Part shown: positions 11,424 through 23,118 of the stretch, in pieces | How positions within the stretch are numbered: position 1 is the first letter of the stretch | How the letters are laid out: each line of letters starts with the position of its first letter | DNA from: Mantamonas sphyraenae STR306 | Taxonomy: Eukaryota > Protista > CRuMs | DNA: 64,000 nt | Direction: 5' to 3' | Assembly: GCA_026936335.1 (NCBI GenBank) | Contig: JAPMXV010000042.1 | Location: 434,001 to 498,000, forward strand | The notes under the pieces: model-generated | Told to the model about the DNA's origin: nothing | Database searches by the model: none | Seen by the model: only the letters and a program-made list of their open reading frames with translations | Translations under genes and position numbers: made by a program

Positions 11424-12236
11424 CTATGCTTCCTCGGCAGACACGTCCGTGACAAACATGTGTCCTGGACTGTGGGTGATCACGGTGCCTGGACAGCACT
11501 TGCCAGCAACAATGCCCGTGACGCCACAGGGCCAGAACACGGCCACGTCACCGTCCTCAAAGTCGACGGCGTCACCGTAGTCTGGGCTGCCGATGTCTTG
11601 GATGCCAATGTGTTCAGGGTCGCCCATGTGGACGGGCTCTCCGTGGTGCTGGCCGTGGCGCTTGGTCACTTCGACGGCGAGGTCAAGCTGGCTGCTTGGC
11701 ACGGGACGCATCGACACGACCAGGCATACGTCGTCAAAGAGTCCTGAAGAGGTGGAAGTGCATCGGATGGAGGTATTGTACATGCTGACGTTGCGTCCTT
11801 GGTCGATGTTGCGCACAGCGATGCCTGCGTCTTGCAAGGCAGCCTCGAAGCTGAAGGAGCAGCCAAGCAGAAAGGTGGCGTGGTTGTCGTAGATGCCTTC
11901 CACACTGGTCACCTCTTGCACAAACTCTCCGTCGCGGAACACACGGTAGCGAGGGAGGTCAGTGGTGACATCTGCGCCCGGGGCAAGGCGTTTTGGTTCG
12001 CGCTCGCCAGCCGGCAGCTGCGCAATGACGGGGCATGCGCTCGCGTTGAGGGAACAAAACTCTGCAAAGTCGTCCTCATACTCGGCAGGCACCATGACCA
12101 TGTTTGCTTGTGCGTTGCCGCTGCACAGGCCGCTGGTGGGAGCGTCCCACTTGCCCGAGCGGATCAAAGCTCGTAGCTCGTTGGCCTCAAGCGAAGCTGC
12201 GTCGAAAGTGCTGGAGATTGTGTCGTCGGAGGACAT
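11424..12236 (-). CDS. DUF1445 / D-glutamate cyclase-like putative hydro-lyase, intronless, 270 aa
   Basis: PTSGLCSGNAQANM, TDLPRYRVFRDG, LGCSFSFE, RNVSMYNT, VVSMRP, HGEPVHMGDP, VFWPCGVT and ITHSPGHMFVTD are the family motifs. Confidence 0.9.
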   Translation of the reverse strand: MSSDDTISSTFDAASLEANELRALIRSGKWDAPTSGLCSGNAQANMVMVPAEYEDDFAEFCSLNASACPVIAQLPAGEREPKRLAPGADVTTDLPRYRVFRDGEFVQEVTSVEGIYDNHATFLLGCSFSFEAALQDAGIAVRNIDQGRNVSMYNTSIRCTSTSSGLFDDVCLVVSMRPVPSSQLDLAVEVTKRHGQHHGEPVHMGDPEHIGIQDIGSPDYGDAVDFEDGDVAVFWPCGVTGIVAGKCCPGTVITHSPGHMFVTDVSAEEA

Positions 12237-12365
12237 ACGTGTGTGAGGGAACACACGAGTGGGAACTTCTGCAGGCGTTTCGTTGGATGGTCTGTTGCTG
12301 CGCCGACGCCACCACTCAAAAACACAAACCCCAAAAAAACACAACTTTCCAACTCGCACACCATC

Positions 12366-15300
12366 ATGAACGGCAAGCAGAAGATTGGTGCTGTCGTGGT
12401 TGTGATTGGAATCGGTCTGGTGGTGGCGGGAGTGCTGCTGAACATGTACCAGGCGCAGGTGATTGAAGCCGGGTTCAAGGACGCGGCGGTGATGGACTCA
12501 AAGACACACCCGCAGTACCAACTGTGGGCGGCAGAGGGCACGAGCAACGTCAAGTACTACGTGTGGAACGTGACCAACCACGAGGCGGTGATGGCCGGCG
12601 CACAGGCGCAGGTGGAGCAGGTGGGCCCCTATGTGTACTCCAACACGGGCAAGAAGTTTGACAATGCGTTTGTGGACAACGGAGCCAAGGTGGAGTGGAA
12701 CTCGCACGCTTTGGCATCGTTCAACGCGGTGGCAAGCGGCAGTCTGAGCGAGTCGGATGTGGTGTATACGCTGAGCCCTGCGTATCTGGCAACCCTGGGT
12801 ACGGTGGGCTCGGAGACGAATCTGTTGGTGGCCATGATTGGACCCACCTTCAAGACGCTGATCGGCCAGCTGGAAACGGCGTTCATGCCGGGATTCTACA
12901 TTGGGGCTTCGGCGACGACGCTGAACACGACCATGAACACCTTCGAGTCCAACTTTCTGTACTTTGTGCAGGCTGGTGTGGTGTATGTGCCCTATGTGCC
13001 TGTGCTGGGCGTGACGACCAACGTGACGCTGTTTGAGCAGAACAACGCGACCGAAAGTGTCAAAGCAGACATCTACTTCAACGACGTCAACTACAACAAG
13101 ACTCTGGCGGCAGGCCGCTTCCTGCTGGGCCCCAACAGCCAGACTGTGCCCGCGCTGCGTCCGGGACACATCTCCCTGGACAGCCAAAAGAAGCTGCTCT
13201 TTGGTGTGCCTGCTGCTGGCCTTCCGGGCTGGCTTGCCAAGGCAGGCGGCGCAGGCTTGGCCGAGTTCCTGGCCACGGCCACCCAGAATAAGACACTGGT
13301 CGCTGCGGGTTATGGCGTCACCCAGGGTCAGCTCGATCTGCTCCTGGCCTATGTGCAGACCCATGTGCTCGGGTAAGTGCGTGTGTGTGTGCAAGAAACG
13401 CGTGCGGGAGCCTGCAGCTGAGCGACCGTTTCGGCGTTTGCGCGTTTTTTTTTTGTGTGTTCGTGCTTGTTGGTCAGTGAAAAGACCAGCAGCAACGGCA
13501 GAAGGACTGACACTGAAATTGCCCAATGGTGGTGATCCCACGACCCAACAGACACGCCGAGCCGCTGGTAGGTGGCCCTGGGCCATCGCGAAGCTGCAGC
13601 ACGATGCGTGGCTCGCTCAATGGGCAAACGCGACGTATGTGACAACTGGCCTGGACGGCAACGGAGACTCGGTAGGTTTGGGTGGGGGAGGCACACGTAC
13701 CACAGGAGTGGACAAGCGTGGGAGGGAAAGGGCGGCAGATGGCCAAACGTGCCAGTGGGGCGAAGTAGAAGTGGAAGGAGCCACCGGGGCAAGCGTGTTC
13801 GCCGAGGCAAAACGACGACGACTCACCAACACGAAAAAACACCTACACACGCATGACCACAGCAAGCGGACGGCGTGGAAGTGGGCTACCCGACAGCGTC
13901 TGGCATTCAAAGCCCCGAAGCACTGCTGATGTGGGACGGCCAGTCTCCAGGTGCGCTGAACACGCTGAACGGCTTTGGGCTGTGGTACGGAGCAGCGAAA
14001 GGCGACCCGACGCTGCGCGCAACGGTGGACACACTGTTCCCCAACCTGACTCCGAGCCAGGTTAATGCCATGTATACTTGGGTGATCCGCTGGCGGGAGC
14101 TCGTGATTCCCATTGGCGCACGTGCTGCGTACGGAGCGTCGAACGACCAGGACATGGCGTACGTTCAGTGGGGCTCTGCCGCCCTGCTGGGAGGAAAGTC
14201 CTTCAAGGGATCGCTGCCGCCTCAACAGCAGGCACTGCTGCCAGGCACACCCGAGTTTGGCGCATGGAGTCTGGCAACCAACATGAACGTGACCCTGAAC
14301 CACACGGAAGCACGGGCGCTGCTGAACGGCACACGCGGCCTGTTTGACTCGGTCAATGTGGGCATGTTTCTGGGACTGGCAGCAACGGCCCAGTTTAGCA
14401 CCATTGAGGCACTGTTTGGACTCAACCAGGCGCAGGCCACGGTGTTTGCCGGCTACGTACAGTCGGAGATGCTGAACAAGTTCTCCCGACTGACCGTGCA
14501 GGGCACCATTGCACAAGGATCGGGCCTGGTTGTGCGTCGCACCATCCGCGAGCTGCTGTACGACTTTGAGGACCCGTTGCTCAAGCTTCTGCTGCCAGCG
14601 GCAGCGCAGACAGGCTTTTCGGCCTCGGGCAACCTGACCGAGGCCCAGGCACGCGCAAAGTACAACGTGAGCACTGCATTCACGGGCAAGACAGACATCA
14701 CCAAGGTGCAGATGATCGAAAAGTTCCGTGGCGACGCAACACTTACCAAGGCGTACCCGAGCACGGTGACGCCCGAGGGCCATGTGGGCATTCAGTTTGA
14801 GCCTCTGATCACCACGCCCACGCGTGTGGCTGCGGTGAAGAAGATGTGGCTGAGCCCCGTGCTGCGTCCGCTTCCGCTCAAGTATGCCAAGGAGATGATG
14901 CTGGGCAACCTGAAGCTGTTGAAGCACACCATCGACGCCTCGTTTTGGGCGGACGTCTCCACGGAGCCAGCCAACGCTGCGTATGGCCAGTACGAGGCTG
15001 GGTTGCTCAACGTCACCACCATGCTCCAGGGTGTGCCTGTGTTCTTTTCCCAGGTTGCCATGCACGGCGTGCGCAGCAACGTGTCCGGCGTGGTCTCGGG
15101 CCAGAAGTACGACGCGGCCAAGCACGAGTCGTATGTGGCCCTGGAGCCCATGACTGGCAACGCCTTGTCTGCATCGGTGCGTCTGCAGACGAACGTGCAA
15201 GTCAGGCCCGGGTTGACCAATGAGTTTTACCCCAACGTCCGTCCGGGCATGTACCCGCTGTTTTGGCTGGAGAGCGGCGGTGAGGCCACCCCGGAGATTG

Positions 15301-15494
15301 CAAACTCCCTGGCCACGCTGCTGGCCAACGTTGATCTCATCCTGACCCTCATCCTGTACGGAGGTATTGGTCTCGGCGCGCTGCTGGTCATCATCGGCGC
15401 GGTGGTCATCTTTAAGAACCAGAGCGAGGGTCACGACACGTCCAAGGTCTATGTGGAGGGTGCAGAGACGGCCACGCTGAACAAGGAAACCTAA
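12366..15494 (+). CDS. CD36/scavenger receptor class B (LIMP/croquemort-like) protein with a large insert; introns 13373-13571 and 13672-13862; ~912 aa
   Basis: N- and C-terminal TM helices; YYVWNVTN...EQVGPYVY; RTIRELLYDFEDPLL; LEPMTGNALSASVRLQTN; PLFW. Confidence 0.85.
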
Positions 15495-15551
15495 GGTGGC
15501 AAAGGTAGCGGTGGCAACCAACGAAAACAAAACACTCTGTCCAAGTAGCAA

Positions 15552-16683
15552 ATGGTGTTGACGCGGGAGGTCTGGGCGGACAACCTGGAGGAAGAGATGG
15601 TGTTGATCCGGGATGTGGTGACCAAGTTTCCGTATATTGCAATGGTAGGCGTGTGCGGAGGGTGGAACTTCATTCCTGAGCGGCATTTGGCCACGCAGGG
15701 GGCGAGGTCTCCCATACACACACTGACACACGACACAGCACACCAAATTCCCTGGGGCGGTGGCGAGGCCGATGGGCAACTTTAAGAGCACAAACGACTA
15801 CCACTTCCAGATGTTACGGTGCAACGTGGACTTGCTGAAGATCGTGCAGCTGGGCCTGAGCTTCAGCGACGCCGACGGGAATCTGCCCTCGCTGGGCGGC
15901 GAAGCCGTGGTCTGGCAGTTCAACTTTCACTTCAACCTGAAGTAAGTGAGGATGAGAAGGGCGGATGTGTGGTTGTGTGGCGCAGAAGTCCGGGCACCAA
16001 GGGCACAGGGCCGCAGCAAAGGCGTCGGGGCCCAGAGGGTCTCTTTGGCGCGGTTGGAAAGGTGGCCCACCAGCGAGCTGCTGACACACAGAGGGACACG
16101 TGGCACGCATGCCATGCTCTCGTGGCGTAACCGTTGTGCGTGTATGTGTTGGGCCAACGACAGCGAGGATCTGTTTGCGATGGAGTCGATCGAACAGCTG
16201 CAGCAGAGTGGTTTGGACTTTGACAAACTGGCCTCGCACGGAATCGCGCCGATGGACTTTGCGGAGGTGATGATGACGTCGGGTATGGTGCTGGACGACT
16301 CTGTCAAGTGGATTTCGTTCCACAGTGGCTACGACTTTGGCTACCTGATCAAAATGCTGAGCTGGAAACGGCTGCCGCGGAACGAGAGCGACTTTTACAA
16401 ACTGATCCGCGTGTACTTTCCCTGTGTATATGACATCAAGTTCCTGCTGAAGAGCTGCAAGGGCCTGAAGCAGGGCAGCCTGCAAGAGCTGGCCGACGAG
16501 CTGGGCGTACAGCGCCTGGGCGGGTCGCAACACCAAGCAGGCAGCGACAGCCTGATCACCTCGAGTGCCTTCTTTGCCATGAAGCAGGTGTACTTTGACA
16601 ACGACATCGACGACAGCAAGTATTTGGGCATTCTGTACGGACTGGGAGCACCCGAAGGCGACCAGCAAGCCATCTTCTCGTAG
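15552..16683 (+). CDS. CAF1: CCR4-NOT deadenylase subunit CAF1/POP2 (CNOT7/8) with an altered ExoI motif; introns 15645-15738 and 15942-16163
   Basis: [44 protein letters not shown] and [10 protein letters not shown]. The spliced motif reads AM-HTKFPG instead of AM-DTEFPG. Confidence 0.92.
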
Positions 16684-16758
16684 GGGGAAGAGCGGAACGC
16701 GCACGTCAAACCAAAAAACCACACGCACTTCCACACACACACACACACACACACAAAC

Positions 16759-17854
16759 ATGGTACGTCGTCTTGAGAGAGGTTCCCTCTAGTGAGGGGTT
16801 GCACACACGCGCACGTTGGCGGTATTCTGACGCGGATTGGACGTACGCAGAGCACACCTGCACGCCGTCGTTTGATGCGAGACTTCAAGTCGCTGCAACG
16901 CGACCCGCCTTCGGGCATCTCGGGAGCACCGATGGAGGACAACATCATGAAGTGGAACGCAGTGATCTTTGGGTAGGTGATGAGGAAGCGAGGAGGGCAC
17001 GACGGCGACGTGGGGAAAGGAAGAGGTCCGGGGGACTTCTCGGGAAACGGGCGAGGCGGAATTGCACCACGGCGGAAGAAGGGCACTGACTCTCGAGAGG
17101 GGCGATGGGAACGAACAAAACACACGCACCACACGATGAACACTCAGGCCGGACGACACGCCGTGGGAAGGAGGCACGTTCAAGCTGAACATGGACTTTT
17201 CCGAGGACTATCCGAACAAGCCGCCCAAGGTGATGTTTGTGTCGAAGATCTTCCACCCGAATGGTACGTGAGGGAGAGGCGGACGCAAGCATGTGGGGAG
17301 GGACGAGACGGTGTGAAGAACATGTGTGCATGCATGGAAAGAGTGTGGAGAGGTTGGGGGCAGCGAGACAACGGACGTGTGGGTGGAAAGGGCAGTGTGC
17401 GGTCAGGGAGGGCTCGTGGCGAAACGGAAAAAGCGCGCAGCTGACACCCGGGCACACAGTGTACAACGACGGAAGCATCTGCTTGGATATCCTGCAGAAC
17501 CAGTGGAGCCCGATCTATGACATTGCAGCGATCCTGACGTCGATCCAGTCGCTGTTGTGCGACCCCAACCCGAACTCGCCGGCCAACTCTGAGGCTGCGC
17601 GGCTGTACAAGGAGAACAAGCGGGAATACAACCGAAAGGTGAAGGAGTATGTGGAAAAGAGCTGGGAGGGGTCGATCTTTGACGAAGAGGACGACGAGGA
17701 CGAAGAGGAGGAGGAGGAGGAGAGCGAAGTGGAGCAGAAAGAGGTGCTGGTGGAGTCGATCAACGAACAGCCCAACACAGAGGAGAGCACAGCGTCGTCA
17801 AGCAGCGAGGCGGAGAGCAACGCCGAAGAGAGCAGCAGCAGCAGCAACGCCTGA
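16759..17854 (+). CDS. RAD6: Ubiquitin-conjugating enzyme E2 RAD6/UBC2 with acidic C-terminal tail; exons 16759-16761, 16851-16972, 17148-17263, 17460-17854
   Basis: [14 protein letters not shown]; [25 protein letters not shown]; DPNPNSPAN. Three in-frame GT-AG introns. Confidence 0.95.
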
Positions 17855-17941
17855 GTGTGACGAGCGAGCGGCCGCAAAAAACCAGTTCCACAACAAACGA
17901 AACCAAAGCTTCCAGCTGTCAAACACACCATCCATTTGCAT

Positions 17942-18570
17942 TCAGTTGTCCTCGACAGGCACTTCCTCGGCATCCTCTGCATCGGCAGGCGGGCTGGGCG
18001 GGGCCTCGTCCTCGGCAGCTTCGGCAGCGTCGTCGCTTTCGACAAAGGCTTCGGAAAAGTCCAGGACACAGATGTCTGCGACCGCATCTCCATCGAGCTG
18101 GCCACCAACCATGATGATCTGGTCGCCAATGGTGACCGAGTCGTGGCCGTGGCGAGCAGCGGGCCAGTTGCCGCTGATGCGCGTCACGTACCATTTACCG
18201 GCGTCCAGCTCGAGGAAGGTGACGTCCAGCTCGTCGCCCCAGCGGTTCTGGCCACCGATGGACACAATGTGCGTGTCGCCGACCAGAGTAGAAGTGTGGG
18301 CGGCGCGTGCGTGTGCGTTTTGCTGGCCCTTGAGCGACACGGGGCCAGACCACATCTGCTGCTCCAGGTCAAACACAAACAGATCCTCCACAAACTCGTC
18401 CATGAAGAGCATCATGTGACGCTTGCCACCGTACACGTGCAGCTTGTTGTCGTGCTGTGGTGAGCAGAGGGATGTGGGGGGGGTGTGAGTGCGTCTGATC
18501 GGTTCCATAAAAAAGTGCTCCCTGCCGTGCATCCATGGCCCCACATTCTCTTCCTAAACCCCCCTCCCCT

Positions 18571-18615
<45 letters not shown>

Positions 18616-19994
18616 AAAACGTACGACAACCGCGGTGTGATGGTACAACCCCTCGGGCTTGATGGAGCCGTTCACCTCGATGGTCTCCCAGGCGTTGGTG
18701 GACAGGTTGAGAGCAACGATGTCGTTGAGATAGCTGTCTGCTCCAGCACCGCCGAAGAAGTAGATCTTGTCGCCGACCAGGTTGGCGGTGTGGCCGTAGC
18801 GAGGTGCCGGTGCCTCACCCTCAATCTCGGGCTTGGTCCAGTTCAGGCCGTCCAGCACGTACACATCGTTGGTGGCTTTCTTGTTGCTGACACCACCAAA
18901 CACGTAGATCTTGCCGTCGTACGCGGTGGCGGTGTGCGAGAAGCACGGAGGAGGCACGTCGCCAGAGACCTCCTGGCGGGTCCAGCGATAGTTGTCCTCT
19001 GTTGGTGGTGTGTGACGACCCAAGACGCAACCGTGCACGTGGTGTGTCAGTGTCGGCAAAACGGAACACCCAAAAAGTAAAGCCAGTGAGCAAGTGCTGC
19101 TGCGCCGTCGCAGAAAATTCGCGGGGGCAGCAGCCTGGCGACGTGAAAACCCTCTCTTACCTGGCTCCAGGGTGTACAGCTGGTTGGACGGGTTCTCGCC
19201 TTCGGCCAGGCCTCCAAACACGTAAATGGTGGAGCCAACCAGGGTGGCGGTGTGGTTGTAGCGGCCCTTGGGCACCTCGCCGACGTTGTTGGGCACATCC
19301 AGCCACTTGACCTTGGCCGGCGTCTCTGGCACAGGCTCGGCGTCACCCTCGGCGGCCTCGTCCTTTACGGGAGCATCGAGCACCTCTTGGGCGTCACCCT
19401 CTGGTTCGGGCACCACCTCAGGCGCTGCAGACGAGCTGCCAAACAACCACGACGTCATATCGGTCGATTCTGCGTGCAGGAGGCGCCGATTTGAGAAAAA
19501 GGTGTCAGGGACCCTCTCGCAAACGGACGCACCTGCTGGCTGCCATGCCCCACACGACCATATGGCGGCCATGTCACATGCAGGTGATCGGGCGGTATCA
19601 CACACACGTACCTTCGCCATTCATCTCGCGCAGCAGGTTCTTGACGTCTGTGCCAGGTAAGGTGGAAAGCGGGGGAGACCCTGAGTCAGTGTTTCTGCTG
19701 GGGCTGTGGGTAGGTCAAGGGAGCGGGAATACAGGATGCAGACCAAGAAAAGCGACATCCACAGTAGAAGGTTGGGCGGGAATGGGTACGGGATGGCGCA
19801 CACGCACCTTGGAGCTGGTACTCTGCACCGGGGGTCAGGGCCTGGTCGGTGCGACCAAGGTCGTCGACCGGGATGACCACCTGTTCGGCGTCGACGAGCA
19901 CAGCCGTGTCACCAAACGTCGGTCGCAACGACAGCTTCTGGTTGCTGTCCAGGTAGACCTTGAAACCACCGACTCTGACAATGTCGTTCGACAT
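17942..19994 (-). CDS. Kelch-repeat beta-propeller protein with a short N-terminal domain; exons 19994-19808, 19647-19612, 19469-19161, 18998-18625, 18454-17942
   Basis: Six R/C-x-x-H-T/S...YxFGG-type blades. Four canonical introns join in frame and attach the small upstream ORF ([10 protein letters not shown]...). Confidence 0.8.
18574..18610. repeat. (CT/GA)n microsatellite inside a Kelch-gene intron
   Basis: Uninterrupted ctctct... tract. Confidence 0.95.
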
Positions 19995-20101
19995 GGGGGA
20001 TTGCGTGCCTGCTCCGGCGCTTCCAAACAATGCGCGCACAGGTGGTGGTCAGCACAGGGAAACAGACTGTGGCTGCAGGGCGGCTTCTCTTGGCGGGGTC
20101 A

Positions 20102-22964
20102 ATGCGCCATGTAAGCCACACGCGACGCACGCTGTCATCGCTTGCAGGGCGGCACCCCCCGCTAGCCCGTGCAAGTGTCCTTTGCACCGCCACACCGCAG
20201 TTGGACACCCGAGGAAGCGCCGGGTTCGTTCATGCGACCAGTCTACACAGTGACCATGCTGTTTACATGCGTGGGGTGGTGCAACGGCGCATGGCGAGCT
20301 CGCGTGCGTCAAGCAGCACTGCGGATGCAGAGACGCAGAGTGTCAAGGAGCGATTGCGACGCAGCACACCCATGATGCAGCAGTACATGGAGATGAAGGA
20401 GGAGCACCCGGAATACCTGCTTCTGTTTCGCATGGGCGACTTTTACGAGATGTTCTTTGAGGATGCTGTGCAGGCGGCGTCGATTCTGGACATCACCCTC
20501 ACCAAGCGAGGCAAACATCTGGACGAAGACATCCCCATGTGTGGACTCCCACACCATGCCATTGACACGTACTTGGAACGGCTAATCAAGTCCGGTGTGC
20601 GCGTGGCCATCTGTGAGCAGGTGGAGACGGCGGAGCAAGCTCGCGCTCGTGTGGGTCAAGGCAAACGTCAGCAGTTGGTGCGAAGGGAAATCACACGGCT
20701 GTAAGTGAAGTGGAGCGTAAAGGGGGGGGATACATGCAACACGGTCGCAGAACTGACACACCGAGGCCCACAGGGTGACGCCGGGCACTCTGAGCGAAGA
20801 CAAGTTTCTGAATCCGCGGCAGCACAACTTCCTGGCGGCCATTGCGCGTCACCCAGACGGAGGCAAGGACAAACGCAGTTTGGATGCAGAAGAGAGCCGG
20901 TTTGGACTGGCGTGGCTGGATCTGTCGACGGGAGAGTTCCAGTGCAGCAGCTGCACACGCAACGAACTGAGCATGCACCTGGCCAGGATTGCACCACGGG
21001 AAGTCCTGCTGGCCGAGGACTTGGATATGAGTGCTGCGTTCCGTCAGCAGCTTTTGGGCGGCCTGACACTGACCATGCGTCCAGCACGGAGCTTTGACGT
21101 GACGTCTGTTCAGCCGCTGCTGGACGAGCATGTGGCGACCGAGGAGGAGGACATGGATCCTTCCAGAATGGAAGCCATGATGGAGGATGGAGGTGTTCAA
21201 AGCGCCGTGGGCGCCGTGTTGGACTATGTGGTGGAAACACAGCGCGGAAACATGCCCACCCTGAAGCGTCCGCAGTCGTTCGTGGCGGGCCGAGTGATGA
21301 CCATCGACAAGAGCACACGCAAGTCGTTGGAACTGCATGTGTCCATGAGCGGCGACGTCAAGGGCTCTCTGCTCAAATGCATCGACCGGACGGTGAGCGG
21401 GCCTGGCGCTCGACTGTTGGCAGCGCGACTCAACTCGCCCATGACGGGGGTCAAGGATATCCAAGAGGCCCTGGATGGCGTTGAGTACTTTGTGACACAC
21501 GAACGTGTGCGTGCGCAAGTGCGTACACTGCTACGCAAAAGCTTCGACATGCAAAGGTGTCTGCAACGACTGTCGCTGAACCGCGGTGGGCCTCGTGACT
21601 TGGCGTCCATTGGAGCCACACTGGCCATGGTGAGTGACCTTGAACGTGTGCTTCTGCGTGACGAAAGCATCCGGGAGCTTCCGGCGCCGGTGGTGTTTGA
21701 GTGGGTTGAATGGCTTGGATCACACGAGGAGCTTCTGGACGAGTTGACGCGTGCATTGCAGACGGATCCACCCATCAGTGCAGCACAGGGCGGCTTCGTA
21801 CGGGCAGAGTATAACGAGAAGATGGCGGAGTTGGTGCATGTGCGTGACCACGGCCAGGAGATGATTCGCGACCTGCAAGCACGGTACCGCGAGATGACAC
21901 AGGTGCCCACGCTGAAGATCAAACACAATAGACTGCTGGGGCACTTTGTGGAGGTGACGGGCAGGCATCAGGAGGCGCTGATGCGGGAACCGTTCATCCA
22001 CTGCCAGAGCCTGGTCAACAGCGTGCGCTTCAAGACACAGGAGCTGATTGAGGTGGAGCTGAAAAAGAACTCGGCAGCACAAAACGTGCTGGACATGGAG
22101 TTGGAGGTGTTTCGGGAATTGAGGGGCCTGGCGATGCACTTTGGCAACGACATCCGGCGTGCGGCGCATTCACTGTCTGCCATCGACGTGGCTTCGGCTC
22201 TGGGGGAACTGGCCACGACACATGGGTACTGTCGCCCCGTGGTGGACGACTCGCGCACGTTTGAGGTGCGTGGAGGGCGGCATCCAATTGTGGAAATGTC
22301 GCAACAGGCGCAGGGCGGGATCGAGTTTGTTGGCAACGACTGCTCACTGGGCGATGGGAACAGTGGACAAAAGCAATGTTGGGTGATCACAGGACCCAAC
22401 ATGGGAGGGAAGAGCACGTTTCTGCGTCAGAACGTGGTGATTGCCATCCTGGCACAGATCGGTAGCTACGTGCCAGCACGCAGCGCACACGTGGGCGTGG
22501 CAGACCGAGTGTTTAGTCGGGTGGGTGCAGCTGACGACCTCGCGCACGACCGGAGCACATTCATGGTGGAGATGCAAGAGACGGCAAGCATTGTGAACGA
22601 GGCGACGTCGCGTTCCTTGGTGATCATGGACGAGATTGGGCGTGGCACATCGAGTGCAGACGGAAGTGCCATCGCACAGGCGGTGCTGGAGCATCTCCAC
22701 GACGAGATTGGGTGCAGGACGTTGTTTGCCACTCACTACCACGAGTTGGGCGAGACCAGCCGGGCTCTGGCCCATTGTGCGCAAAAGACCATGGCCGTGC
22801 AACAAAGTGGCGAGGGTTCGGACGACCTCGTGTTTGCCTATCGTATCGTGGATGGCGTGGCAAGCCACTCGTACGGGCTCGAGGTAGCGCGTGTGGCAGG
22901 CCTGCCCAGGGGAATCATCGACCGTGCACGAGCCATTCAAGCGGAGAGTGGATTCAACGATTAA
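20102..22964 (+). CDS. MSH1: Bacterial-type MutS1 DNA mismatch-repair protein with probable mitochondrial presequence (MSH1); intron 20701-20773
   Basis: TPMMQQY...[16 protein letters not shown]; [10 protein letters not shown]...IPMCG; ITRL-VTPGT; [15 protein letters not shown]; STFMVEM; DEIGRGT; FATHYHEL; SYGLEVA. The N-terminal extension is R/S/A-rich. Confidence 0.92.
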
Positions 22965-23118
22965 AAATAGGCGTGTCGGAAGTTCGCCAATGCCATCGCA
23001 TTGTGTAGCGAGTGGGTGTGTTGACGATGGTGATGTTGCATCGACGTGGAGACCAGGAGACCAGGCCACGGCGCTTCACGAACCAAGTTTTTCCGTTCTC
23101 GTGGAACCAGTGTGATCA

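Noticed and set aside
13617-15791. Long antisense ORFs (also 26770-28353, 36521-38818, 46784-49432, 3742-4794)
   Set aside because: They are shadow frames of real genes on the opposite strand, caused by GC-rich codon bias, and carry no independent motifs.
19621-20039. Separate small gene between the Kelch gene and MSH1
   Set aside because: It splices in frame through a 36-nt exon into the Kelch gene, so it is that gene's 5' end.
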